64,000 nucleotides of DNA from Phyllosticta citribraziliensis (Eukaryota). Below, one piece after another: positions 1 to 10,875 of this stretch. The notes below the pieces were generated by a model. That model made no database searches, was not told the DNA's origin, and was given only the letters and a program-made list of their open reading frames with translations. Both the position numbers and the translations under genes were made by a program. The stretch is taken from positions 1 through 64,000 of the forward strand of contig NW_027117354.1 in NCBI RefSeq assembly GCF_038025025.1. Direction: 5' to 3'. Within the stretch, counting starts at the first letter, position 1; every line of letters starts with the position of its first letter.

Positions 1-1962
1 TGGCCCTAGTACTCGCATAGGCGCGTGTATACCTATTATAATATTACTAATACCCTTAACTCTATACTTTAGTAGGGGGTAGATAAGGGTATTACTTTTA
101 ACTAAGAAAAGTTAGAGCTTATCTACTTTACTAAGAGATAGTAAGATACTTATAGGGAGCTACCCTAGATTATATACTATAAGTATAAGGTCTAATACCT
201 ATTAGATAAGCCCTTCCTTTACTAGTTAGGAGTTTACTTTAATAGGAGACTTACCTTCTCCTACTATATTACTACCTAGATAAATAATACTAGATATATT
301 ACCTAGGCCCTATATAGCCTTAGGAAAACTACCTATAGTACCCCTTTTATTCTTATCTACTAGGCTATTATTACCTATATCCTTTTAGTAGCCTACTATA
401 CTAGTAAAGTCTAGTAGTATAGGTTATTCTATCTTAATAAATATAGTAATACTATTCCTAATAAGGTTACTAACCTTATCTTTAAACTTTAGATTATAGT
501 TAATAAGGGGGCCTAAGTAGTCCTCCCTATCTATAAGACTATTCTAGAGGTAGTTCTTATAAGGGAGGCTAGCCTCTACTCTATAAAAGTTAAGCTTAAA
601 TACTACTCCTATATAGCTACCCTCTAGGTCTACTACCTTAACTATTATTACCCCCTATAAGAATAATATAGGTCCCTCTCTTTAAATAAAGCCCCCTAAA
701 CCTACCTTAGCCTCTACCTTTATAACCTTCCCCTAGTTAAATAGCTTAATCTACTTTCTAACCCCCCTTAGGCCTCTATTACCCCTACCTTAATACTTCT
801 CCTAATCTTTAACTAGTACTAACTAGTAGTCTATACTAATAGGTCCTATTTTAAGAATAACTACCTTAGTACTAGTACCTCTATCTAGTAGTTTAATTAT
901 AAAATTACCTAGTACTTAGCTACTATCCCCCCTTTAGGGGATACTTTTATAGCTAAGATAAGAGCTACTCTTATAAGTACCTAACTTACCTTATCTTACC
1001 CCCTTACTAGGATAACTACTAACCTTTAGCTCCTTACTAACTATAAGTAGATAGTAGATAGATACTATTTAGTAGCTTTTTATCTACTCTATAATAACTT
1101 CTAGGAAATTTATTAGATTAGTAAATACTAGTATTATATAAGATAAGAGGCTAGGATAACTCTTAGGTACCTTTTTATCTACTATATCCTAGGCTACTCT
1201 AGTAACCTAGGGAATAAGAAGGCCTATAATCTTATTATCTAAGTAGCTTATAAATTATAGGATATATACCCCCCCCCTTAATTACTTCCTTTATTATAAA
1301 GTAACTATATAGCTCTAATAACTACTAGACCTCTTACTCTACTCTTACTAGATATAAAGAGCCCTAGCCTCCTATACTAGCTAGGATTTTAATATAAGGT
1401 CTATACCCTTACTAGAGCTCTTACTACTTAGATAGGTACTTTAGTACCTATATACTACCTAGACTAGCTATAGGGACTTTACTATATACTACTAGTAGTT
1501 TTACTACCTATAACTATAAAGAGGAGAAGACCTCCTTCTACTTCTATAGATACTATTATACCTAACCCCTCTACCCTAGAATTAGGAGAGAAGGAGAGGA
1601 TATAGTAGCTATAAGTAAACTTCTAGATACCTCTAATAATACTAAGGAATTTACTATCTAGGTAGACTATATCTAGTTCTTCTAGTAATTCTATAACCTA
1701 TAGTAATATTCTTAACCTACCCTTATATCTTTTATTTATTCTCTTTTATTACTATAAAACTACCTATATTATAAATATAATATAAAAATACTAGTAGGAA
1801 GGACTTATTACCCCCTACTCTATTATATAGTATAGTAGTTAGCTATACTATAGACCTTTATAACTAGTTAGGTATAGTACTATATATCCTAGAAGGGATA
1901 GCCCTTACTTAAGCCTTAGCTAAGCGGGGTACTTAGCATTAAATAGAATTAATCAATCAATT
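1..1962 (+). mobile_element. RIP-inactivated Tad1-like LINE (non-LTR retrotransposon) relic: RT C-terminus, RNase H, C-terminal His/Cys region and 3' end
   Basis: AT-rich, TpA-saturated, almost no CpA/TpG/CpG, no ORFs. Reversing C>T/G>A in frame 1 gives WG.DEGI.FD.EK.ELIHF (73-129), RWLGVYFDRRLTFSHHV (220-270), ARAVLPVYKTTPE.VL.REAGL (511-576) and the RNase H motif IPGHSGNPGNEKA (1186-1224). A shifted frame gives YAARTGHGDFAAYHRRFHH (1451-1507). The element ends in a hairpin followed by AATT-AATC-AATC-AATT. Confidence 0.88.
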
Positions 1963-2386
1963 AAAGCATGCATTCTTCGCAACTCTGGGATCAGAGGTCA
2001 TATTTGGAGATGCGACGGACTGGAAGCACCCGTCCCGTGACCAATCTTCGTCGTGGCCAGAGACTGCCGCACTTCGTTCCTACATGTACGGTACACAACC
2101 AGCAAGCTGGAGCCCAGAGCGGTCTTTGTTCAACGAGACTGTCCTAGACACTGGGATGAAGATGCATGCCAGGAACGTTTTGTACATTCCTAGCATCCCA
2201 AAGCATAAGGGTCTCACGGCGATGATGTCGCTGGTGCTGTCCTAGCGCCTTCCCGAAGTTGCACCAATGACGTCAAGCCCCTGGCATGCGAGGTACAGGT
2301 AATTCTGCATAAAGTCCAGAACTAACTGAACCGCAACACAAACCATACAACCACTACCAGTCACACCCTCCTCAACTACAAACACC

Positions 2387-3715
2387 ATGGCCGAGATCGC
2401 AACGGGCGCGCTAGTCGCCGAGCAAGTCATTTCAACCACCGTCGAAGGCGGCCTTGTCGCTGGCTATGCCATTGCTCAACCAACCGTCCCGCTGAAAGCC
2501 AGTTTGAAGAGAGTAGCAGTGAGCGAGCTCATCCGCCGCCAATGGCACAGCATCAACGTCATCGACGGCAAAGCTTACGTCTTTGGCGGCATCACCCACG
2601 ACGGACTTCTCGCTGGAAACGAAATGCATCAGATCACGCTGCCGGGAGCAAAGCACACCAACGGTCTCGACTACCATGCAGTACCCGCAATAGGCAGCGC
2701 AGACGACTCTCCGGTCCCTTCACCTCGCGCCGGCCACTCGGCCGTGGTGGCAGGAGCAAAGATTGTCATTTGGGGCGGCCGGGATGAGCACGGCAATTCG
2801 TTGAATGGAGAAGCGCCTCAACTCTGGATCTTCGACACGACAACCTTGCGATGGAGCCATACTCCGGTGCCAGACGGACCCAGAGACTCGCAATTCCACC
2901 ACGGCGCAGCCCTCTGGCGTGGAAACCAGCTGGTCGTGTACGGGGGATTCAGCAAGCCAGCAGGTGCCGCAGACTTGCGCACTCTGCCCAGTCTCAGCAC
3001 CATCGACATCGAAACGGGCGGTTGGCAGTCTCATGCGGATCAAACTTTGTCCCCAATCACTCCTCCATCTGCCATTGCTGTCGTTGAGGACAAGGTGTAC
3101 ACCGTAGGAGCTGGTGATCGCTTCCAGTCGCCCGTCCACGTCTACGACCTGGCATCCACTACGACTGCGAACAAAGACATTGCTTCGGCGACGTGGACTA
3201 CGATCCAAGTTCCTGCGAACCCGCTCGTTCAAAGCCCTTCGACTCCTCGTTCAGGAGCCGGCCTGCTCCCCGTCTCTACTGGACACGGCCGTCACTATCT
3301 ACTCTACTTGTTCGGCCAGGCTGCCAGCAGCACCAAGACCACCAGCCCTTCCGATGCCCAGCTCAGCCAAGCTGCCACCGCTGATACCGATTCCGACTCG
3401 AACACCTTCGCCAATCCAGATTCTCCAAATTCGTCGCTCTTGTATTCGTTCCAGCTCCCCTCGCACGGCACGTCGCTGGCTGCAGCCAAGGACGGCGCGC
3501 GTGACGTCGTCGGACTTGACAGTGGGGCCGCAGCGTGGGCAGAGGTCGACATTGCACTGCCAACTGAGGAGTATGCTCACGAGGGCAAGGCCCATCCAGG
3601 TCCACGGGCCAACTTTGCGTGTGCCAACGTCAATGACAAGACTGTCGTGATCTGGGGAGGTGTCGATGCCAGGGGCGTGGTTGAAGGAGATGGATGGATC
3701 ATTGGCATCGAGTAA
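2387..3715 (+). CDS. Kelch-repeat (beta-propeller) protein, 442 aa, single exon
   Basis: Repeated kelch motifs: KAYVFGG, PSPRAGHSAVVAGAKIVIWGG, LVVYGG, PGPRANFA...VVIWGG. Good start context (ACACCATGG). Confidence 0.85.
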   Translation: MAEIATGALVAEQVISTTVEGGLVAGYAIAQPTVPLKASLKRVAVSELIRRQWHSINVIDGKAYVFGGITHDGLLAGNEMHQITLPGAKHTNGLDYHAVPAIGSADDSPVPSPRAGHSAVVAGAKIVIWGGRDEHGNSLNGEAPQLWIFDTTTLRWSHTPVPDGPRDSQFHHGAALWRGNQLVVYGGFSKPAGAADLRTLPSLSTIDIETGGWQSHADQTLSPITPPSAIAVVEDKVYTVGAGDRFQSPVHVYDLASTTTANKDIASATWTTIQVPANPLVQSPSTPRSGAGLLPVSTGHGRHYLLYLFGQAASSTKTTSPSDAQLSQAATADTDSDSNTFANPDSPNSSLLYSFQLPSHGTSLAAAKDGARDVVGLDSGAAAWAEVDIALPTEEYAHEGKAHPGPRANFACANVNDKTVVIWGGVDARGVVEGDGWIIGIE

Positions 3716-4027
3716 GGGCAGGAGTTGAGCGAAAAGGAGTTGCAGCGGAAAAAAAGCTCTTGAGAAAGGGTGTATTTGGACGACGGGTTACGACATGAGA
3801 AAAGGCTCTTTCCAGCATAGCTGACCAAGCAGACAAAATCTTGATCCAATCACACTTCACTGCCACCTTCTCTATGGGATAATGGCACGGCAATTGGAGT
3901 TGGTCATGCTTGCAGCTAAAAGTGATACGCTAATTTTCCAGCCGGGATATGCAACAGAATTGAAAAGAAAGAGGATATAATACACAAGGAAGAAAACGTA
4001 AGGTTGAAAAGACGACGCAGCCACCAA

Positions 4028-5947
4028 TCATTTGCCATTAATAATGTCGTCCGAGATCTTCTCCGCAAGCGCATAAATAAGAGCTGACGGATGTCCAGGC
4101 GGCAGGAAAGCAAACGCACTCGCATCGACAACCCTCAGACCATCGACGCCAATCACGCGCGCCTTGCTGTCCACAACGGCCGTCTCCTCCTCGGGCTTGC
4201 CCATGCGGCAAGTGCACGACGCGTGCATGATGGCCATGACGGAAGTGCGCAAGTTGCCCAAAATCTCGTCGTACGAGTCGACGTCGTCGCCAGGCCAGTA
4301 CTCGCTGTCGGAGGCGCGGATGCTCTTTACTATGTCGGTATTCATGAGGTCGCGCATGCGGCGGTAGATGGCGACGACCATCTCCTCGTCGGCGGGGTCG
4401 GTCAGCCACATGGGGTTGAAGAGGGGCTTGTCGGCGGCGCTGTCGCTGGCCAGCGAGACGTTGCCGCGCGACTGTGGCATCAGCAGCGTGGCCAGCATCG
4501 ACGCGTACTGCTTGCCGTCCTTGGGCTGCTGCGCCCACGGGATGTGGAAGTCGCCGATGTAGCCGGCCGCCGGGAAGTACTCGATCTGCGGCCAGTCGGC
4601 CGGGTACGCGTCGAGGCGGTCCCGCGTCGATTGCGACAGATTGGCCGACTCGGGGAAGCGCTCCCAGGCCAGCATCTCGGCCACGTTGTTGGTGAGCGGC
4701 CCCGTGGCGCTGGCGGCGTACTCGGCCACGACGGCCGCCAGCTTGACCGGGTTCGCCAGCACGGCGTCGAGCGTGTCGATGGTGACTTCGTACGCGGGCC
4801 CGAAGATGAGGTGGTCCGACAGGTTTTGGCCCACGCCGGGCCGGTCGACGAGCACTTCGATGCCGTGCTCCTCGAGATGCGCGGCGGGACCGATGCCCGA
4901 CAGCATGAGCAGCTGCGGCGAGTGCAGCGCGCCGGCCGACAGGATGACTTCCTTGGTCGCGTTGATCTGGTACGAGAGGAGGCCGTTGACGCCCGTGGCG
5001 GGCTGGACCTGCACGCCGTACGCCTTCTTGTTCTCGTCGAACAAAATCTTGGTCGCCTGGGTTCCGGTAAAGACCTTGAGATCTCCCTTCAAGCCGCTGT
5101 CACGCGCCTTGTAGATCCACTGCGCTGAAGTCGAGCGCGTCATGGTCTTTGCGTCGACCGTCAGCTGTGCGTAGTGCCAGCCGTCGAGCTCGCCCTGGTC
5201 GTAGGTTCCGGTGATGTTGACGCCAAACGTCTCGAACGCTTTGGCTGCGTAGCTCTGCCATGACCACGAGTAGGCAGGGTACGTGACTTGGATGGCGCCG
5301 TCCTCGTTGTTCTCGATGAAGTCACTTTCCGAGTACAGCGTGGTGGCGTTTTCGGGGCGCGTCTCCGTATTGGGCGGCGTAAAGTTCATGCTCTTCTTGA
5401 AGTACGGGAGGAAAGAGTCGAACTGGTAGCTCTCATCGCCGACGGCCTTGGCCCATTCGTCGAGAGATCCTTTGCTGGGCCGGTGGTGCAGCATAAAGTT
5501 GAGAGCAGAGGAGCCACCGAGACACTTGCCCTGCGGATAGTGCATCTCCCTCCCGGCTGCTCCCGGCTGAGGCGTCGTCGTGAAGACGTAGTCGACGGTG
5601 GGTATCGAGTCCAAGGGATTGCTTCCAATGCCGATGATGCCGCCCAAGGGTGCTGGTCCAACGACAGGCTTCCCCACCTCGAAGGAGCCTCCGACTTCGA
5701 TGACGGCGACCGAGTTTCCCGCTTCGGCCAGCCGGTATGCCATGGTGTTGCCGCCAGTTCCTCCTCCTATGACCACATAGTCGAATGATTGGACCTCGCC
5801 CAATGTGCCCGCCAATGTTCCCAGAGACGTTTCGACTAGACTTGAGAGATCGGTCCAGATGCTGTCGGTGATGGGATCCAAAATCGGATCGAGCAATGGG
5901 GCCGCCGCGGCGGATCCCACGAGCAGACTTGCAGCAGATAACCGCAT
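4028..5947 (-). CDS. Secreted GMC oxidoreductase (AA3-type, versicolorin B synthase/PatE-like), 639 aa, intronless
   Basis: Signal peptide MRLSAASLLVGSAAA from the ATG at 5947. FAD-binding motif FDYVVIGGGTGG, plus GKCLGGSSALN, EVILSAGALHSPQLLMLSGIG and GVGQNLSDH. Catalytic His pair in HASCTCRMG and PPGHP. Confidence 0.93.
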   Translation of the reverse strand: MRLSAASLLVGSAAAAPLLDPILDPITDSIWTDLSSLVETSLGTLAGTLGEVQSFDYVVIGGGTGGNTMAYRLAEAGNSVAVIEVGGSFEVGKPVVGPAPLGGIIGIGSNPLDSIPTVDYVFTTTPQPGAAGREMHYPQGKCLGGSSALNFMLHHRPSKGSLDEWAKAVGDESYQFDSFLPYFKKSMNFTPPNTETRPENATTLYSESDFIENNEDGAIQVTYPAYSWSWQSYAAKAFETFGVNITGTYDQGELDGWHYAQLTVDAKTMTRSTSAQWIYKARDSGLKGDLKVFTGTQATKILFDENKKAYGVQVQPATGVNGLLSYQINATKEVILSAGALHSPQLLMLSGIGPAAHLEEHGIEVLVDRPGVGQNLSDHLIFGPAYEVTIDTLDAVLANPVKLAAVVAEYAASATGPLTNNVAEMLAWERFPESANLSQSTRDRLDAYPADWPQIEYFPAAGYIGDFHIPWAQQPKDGKQYASMLATLLMPQSRGNVSLASDSAADKPLFNPMWLTDPADEEMVVAIYRRMRDLMNTDIVKSIRASDSEYWPGDDVDSYDEILGNLRTSVMAIMHASCTCRMGKPEEETAVVDSKARVIGVDGLRVVDASAFAFLPPGHPSALIYALAEKISDDIINGK

Positions 5948-8131
5948 GGCTGCTTTCCAAGACTGGTCCACTCTCAAGGTAGTCGTGTATTTTCTGGTTA
6001 TGGTTATAGGAAGAAAGACAAACTTGTTTATGCCCAAGGTTGTTGACTTTTAGGCCACTGCCAACTAGTCAACAGGGGAGTTTTACCATTATATGGAGCA
6101 GATGGGGAGGTCTCCTCTATTTCGGAACCACCCCATCCCGGAGCAGGTACTCGTAGCGAAAGGGGCAGCGCGGGGAGTCCTCATGAGGAAAGTGTGTGAG
6201 TTCGAATTGCATCCCACGACTCGTACCCGCAACGCCGCAGCGAACATCACAATCCACAGTTTCCGCGTGTCTGGAGCCAGGGTACGGCGGTTCCCTGCAG
6301 TCGTCCTGCAAGTGACTGTCCATCGGCTCCACCAATTCCCTGTTCCTGATCCCACTCCTCGCCGCGACGGCAGCGAGGTGACTGGGGCGAGAAGACGGCA
6401 CATATACACAGAATGCTCCTCACCAGAATCACCAAGACTTCCACCGACACTTCCTTTTTGCTCGTCACACAGTTGCTCCGGAGGACCTACGGCTCGCCTT
6501 GCCGCACTCGTCAATGTGGCTCCTCGAATATCCGGGTCGACATGGCTCACGACCACTCCACCACAACTCTGTTCCCACCACAGCTCCCACCATGGCCCTC
6601 GCCCTGTCACTGACGCCGCGCAAACACCACGAACAAGATTGCTCTCGCCATCCGCCAACACCGTAAAGCGAAAGGGGGCCCGCCGCATTTCATCTCTCCC
6701 ACGACTCGCGCCCAGCGCAGCACGACCGTGTCTCGCGGTGGAAATGGCTCCGAGCACGCATCCCATCGACCACTTCGCCCTCCACGACCCCATCTCACCG
6801 CGTCGATGCCACAACGTGCCTATACCGCTTCATTATGTGCTCTGCTTACACACACCAAGTAGAAAAGACGAAAAATGTTGATTCTGGAAATCGGAAGGGT
6901 AAACGGGGCGGCCTTGTTGGATGGTCCGCCTGGCGTTGCACGCGCGCACGCACGACTCGCTCCTCAACACCACGACTCGCCCATCCCCACTGCGATTCAG
7001 TTCGGCGCGCCGCACGTTTGTCTTGGCCGCGCGCACCGCCGCGCGCGAACATCGCAATTGTCGTCGTTGGCGCGCACCCGTCGTGCTCCGGTCTTCTTTC
7101 TCTTTGCTAATCACCATGAACGACGCCCCGTGCTCTTGACTCGCGACATGTTGCTTTTGTGGCGAAGGGTGGTTGGATGGGTGGATAGATAGGCGGATAG
7201 ACGGTCCTTGGCCTGCCCGCCATGCCCCGTCTCCTGAAGGAACTGCACATTTGCGCGTTTCGTACCGTGAAGCCGTCGGGAGAGGCGGGCGATTTATTAT
7301 TTGAAGCTTACCTCAAGCAGCCTGGCAGCCTGCACCCGCTTCGGTCGCAGTCGCAGTCCATCAGTCTCCGAAGTCGCGCAAAAGAACGCAAGCAAGCGAC
7401 GTCCGTCTAGGCAGGCCCGTCCTCCATACAAATAAGTGCGCGACCCACGCAACCCGCCCACCCACTCCACGCGTGGGCGCGGCGAAGCGCCACTGCCCAT
7501 ACACCCCCCTGGCACCGAACCATCCATTGAGGCAAGAAGCAAGAGAGATCGGGTCCTAGAACGTAACGACAGGCGAGAGTATGCGTGTGAACACGGAGCG
7601 GCTCCGCTGTTGTTGCCTTTCCCCGCGTGCTGTGCCGCGTCGGATTGCGTGAGTTGTGATGCTGTGCCACAGGCGGCCCACAGCAGCAGCCCCAACTAAC
7701 TACCCCGTTGCGATGTGCAGGTGGTTTTGGCCCCCTTGATTATGGTGGCTCTTTGGCGGTTAAACTTCCCTTGTTTCTGGCTTTATGGGTCGGGTCCATG
7801 AACTGGGTGTGCGATCTCATCGTCTTTGCCACAGAATGGTGTGGGAATTCTTGTGACTTCTCTACTGCTTCCTCGAATTGCCTTGAGTAGGGACCACGGC
7901 GCTCTCTACATCACAAGCTGATGTCTGTTCTCAAGGTAGCAACAAGCAACACAGAATTTGCAGGAAGACGAACAAACAAAACGTTCGGGACACGCCGTCT
8001 TTTGATAGTATGTACAGTATTCATTAACAGAGGGATCGCTCACCTACTGGGCAAGCCTCATACAAGTCTTTCTCGTCTCTGTCTCTCTTACAGAATTCTT
8101 GGGCAAGCTTTTGTTTAGACATCATCCTCAA

Positions 8132-9844
8132 CTACTCGAAACACTGCTCCCACTTGCCCCCGCTCTTTGCAAAGTCGAGAGTCTCCAAGAATGCGCTCAA
8201 CAGACACTTGCCGTCGTCGTCGGCACAAGCGAGCGGAATGACGCGGTCGTTGACGATGAACCTGACGTACTCGTCGCTGGCGTCGGCAGTATCGCTGGTG
8301 CCACTGGCATCGCTGCCGCAGACCAATTTCTCCACGTACAGACGTGAGGCGAATGACGCCGTCCAGGCAGCGCTGTACCCAGCCACGCTCGGGTCGGTTG
8401 GCTCCTGGATTTGCGTGTTGTTGAGATCAGCCGTCCGGTCGTAGAGGCCCAGAGCGAAGAAAATGGCCGTCATGTCGTTGTCGTGGCTAAAGTCTGCAAA
8501 CAGCACGTCTTCGTTCCGATCCGTCGTCGGGAATGTCGACTGATTGTCGTCCAGTGTATGGTTGACTGACGTGTGGTCCTCCACATAGCGCGCGTGCGTG
8601 AGGCGCGCGATCAGCTCGTTGACATAGCCGACACCTTGTGTCGGGCCAAGGTCATCGCCAGCACCGTAGTGGTAGTACTTGCCGAGCGACTGGTAGTAGT
8701 CATACGAGCGCCACTCGTCGACAGTGAAGAGGGAACAGAATTCGGATAGGCCGCCGTTGGGCGACGAGGTAGTTGGTTGGGATGCAACGGTGAAAAATGG
8801 GCAGAGATCCATGATGTAGGACGTCTCTTTGAGTGACAGGTTGGCGCCAGGCAACTGAGAGTTGATGCGGTCTGCGATGGGTGGTAGGAAGATGTCTGTC
8901 CACGGGCCCTGACCGCGGTCGGTGATGGCATCATCGGACTCGTTCTCAAAGGCGGTGCAGAGCGCATGGGAAAGCGTGTTGTTGGAATCGGCGTCTTCGC
9001 TAATGGTCAAGATGGGATACGGATAGTCGTTGGTTCGGTTCGTCACCGATTGGCTGGGATGCGAGAAGACGTCGGCCAGCATGGCATCGTGGAAGCCGCG
9101 AGTAAAGTTGTAGCCGCTTTCAACGACGCGGGACTCATCTGAGGCGCGGACAAACAGCTTCTTGGAGCGGGCGAGGGCCTGGTAGCGCTGGTAGAACTTG
9201 TAGCCCGAGTTGTAAAGCTGGCGCTGGCCAAAGGGTGTCAATTCGTCGGCGCCGAGCGTGTATTCCAGATCTTCGAGGAATGTGATATTGCTGCCAATGT
9301 AGGATTCCGCGTTTTGCTGGATTTTTTGAATGGTCTCGTTGTAGGTCTTTGTCTTGCTGGAGGTTGGATCACGGGCCCCATGACGAGACAGTACCTGGGC
9401 AAATGTCACGGTACATTGGGATGGAACATCGGCCGAAATCTCAGAGGGAGTCGAGTAGTAAGGGCTGTATTGACCCCAGTAGTGAGAGATTTCTGGCGAG
9501 CATATGAAGCCTTTGTCGGTGTCGTCACAAAAAGTTTCGGTGTTGTCGGCGTGGGCCCACTTCAGGTAACTGATGAGCAGTCAGTTTGCAGTTTCGAGTC
9601 GAGTATAAGAGGGGCCTTACCCGAGCAACAGGACAGCGCAAGAGATCAGCATGACGACTAAAAGATCTTGCGAGATACAAGATACGGGAGCGCTGCGACT
9701 GCGAGAAGAGCAGTCGGAGCAGCGCTCCGCCGAGTTTAAATGGGCAAAGTCGCATCTCGAGCAGCGCAACTTCTCCGACATCGTTAAGAGGTACGGGTCG
9801 GTAGTCCTTCCTGTCGCAGACGAGCGGAGTCCTGTCGAGACCAT
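8132..9844 (-). CDS. Histidine acid phosphatase / 3-phytase; exons 9844-9621 and 9569-8132 (alternative start at 9781)
   Basis: RHGARDP and FSHDND catalytic motifs. The phytase N-terminal motif CSPEISHYWGQYSPY lies in frame upstream of the ORF-track start. 51-nt intron GTAAGG...CTGAC...CAG at 9620-9570. Hydrophobic anchor LLVVMLISCAVLLLG in exon 1. Confidence 0.92.
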
Positions 9845-9883
9845 TTAGGCGGGTGGTTCCCAAAGTGGCCCGCTAGAAGTTTG

Positions 9884-9889
9884 CACGTG
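9884..9889. promoter_or_regulatory. CACGTG E-box, candidate Pho4/NUC-1/PalcA phosphate-response site upstream of the phytase
   Basis: Exact CACGTG 40 nt upstream of the first ATG and about 100 nt upstream of the second; the function fits a phosphatase gene. Confidence 0.45.
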
Positions 9890-10326
9890 CAGCAAGGGCC
9901 AGAATGATTGGGTGTTGAAAAGGTTCAGCGGGCGAGCAGCTACGGGCGTCTTAGCCACGGGTGAATGGTCACGGTCGAGAGGGTTGATGAGAGCAATCGA
10001 CTCCATGGCGACAAAGGCCCCTGAGCAACGGCATGAGGTGGAGAGGCGAGCTGGAGGGTACGAGAGCAAGGACTGCTTGGCGAGGGAACCGGGAAGAGTG
10101 AAACGAGGAGCGGAGGAGGAGGGTTGGCAGTGGCTGGGGTGAGGCTGTGGTGGTGTGGCGGAGGAACTGCAGCCTGAGGCAAAAGATGGAAAAGTCATGT
10201 GATGGAGCATGTGACAAGACATGTGACCTTCCCGCTTACTCACCATCCCCTTCGTAAGCGACTGACAGCGCGAAAGCTGATTGGGAGCTCGGGGCAGCGG
10301 GGCCAACCGGCGTCAGGTCCCGTCGT

Positions 10327-10396
10327 GATAAGAGCCGCCGAGACTCCAAGACAAGCCGCGCCCTACCATTCCAAGATAAGCCTTCTGCACTCTATC
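10327..10396. promoter_or_regulatory. Clustered GATA sites, candidate AreA/NIT2 nitrogen regulation of the permease
   Basis: GATAAG at 10327 and 10375 plus TATC at 10393, about 500 nt upstream of an amino-acid permease. Confidence 0.35.
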
Positions 10397-10875
10397 TCGC
10401 CCTATGCTAAACCTGCCCTTCCGAGTATGGCGCCTGTCGACGATCCGCGTGGCTGCGGGACGGCCAGAAAAATGTGTCGAATGCAACCTCGCCCATCTGG
10501 ACCCTCAACACCATGTCCAGCCATGCCCCAAGTCTCCCCGCGCACCTGTCGAAAAAAACCTGGAGACGTCCCTCGGTTCCCCGGGGAAAAGTCCACATTT
10601 TCCCACCGGCCTTTGCCCCTTCGGTCTTGCAAATGACCGCTGATTGGACTGTGCGTGCGGGCGCTCTTCGTCATACCGTAATACATAGCTAATGCCATCA
10701 CCAAACCCACAGATACAATCCACTCCTCGCCCTTTGCGCCCGTAGCGCCGGTATCTGTGCTGGACCCTGCCCCAGCTGTGCGTTGGACCAAATATTTACT
10801 TGCTGCTATTCCAACAACGCCTCGAAGCAGTCATTCCACCTCTCGTCCCTCCCGCCCCAGCCGCCTGTCAGAGCC

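Noticed and set aside
3871..4030. Possible stop-codon readthrough of the GMC gene adding a hydrophobic tail
   Set aside because: The context is TGA-TTG rather than the TGA-CTA readthrough motif, and T-rich 3' UTRs translate as hydrophobic by chance.
4091..5128. 345-aa ORF antisense to the GMC gene (similarly 11351-12004, 30122-31066, 33031-33915, 37592-38404, 41384-42571, 46064-46933)
   Set aside because: Shadow ORFs arising from G/C-ending codon bias of the real gene on the other strand; no motifs.
6195..6215. GTTCGAAT tRNA T-loop-like motif
   Set aside because: Flanks do not form a T-stem or cloverleaf; no tRNA, 5S, snRNA, RNase P/MRP or telomerase template motif was recognised anywhere in the window.
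6089..6881. Overlapping 262-aa (+) and 241-aa (-) ORFs upstream of the GMC gene
   Set aside because: Arg/Pro/Ser-rich, no codon bias or domain; expected by chance in a GC-rich promoter region.
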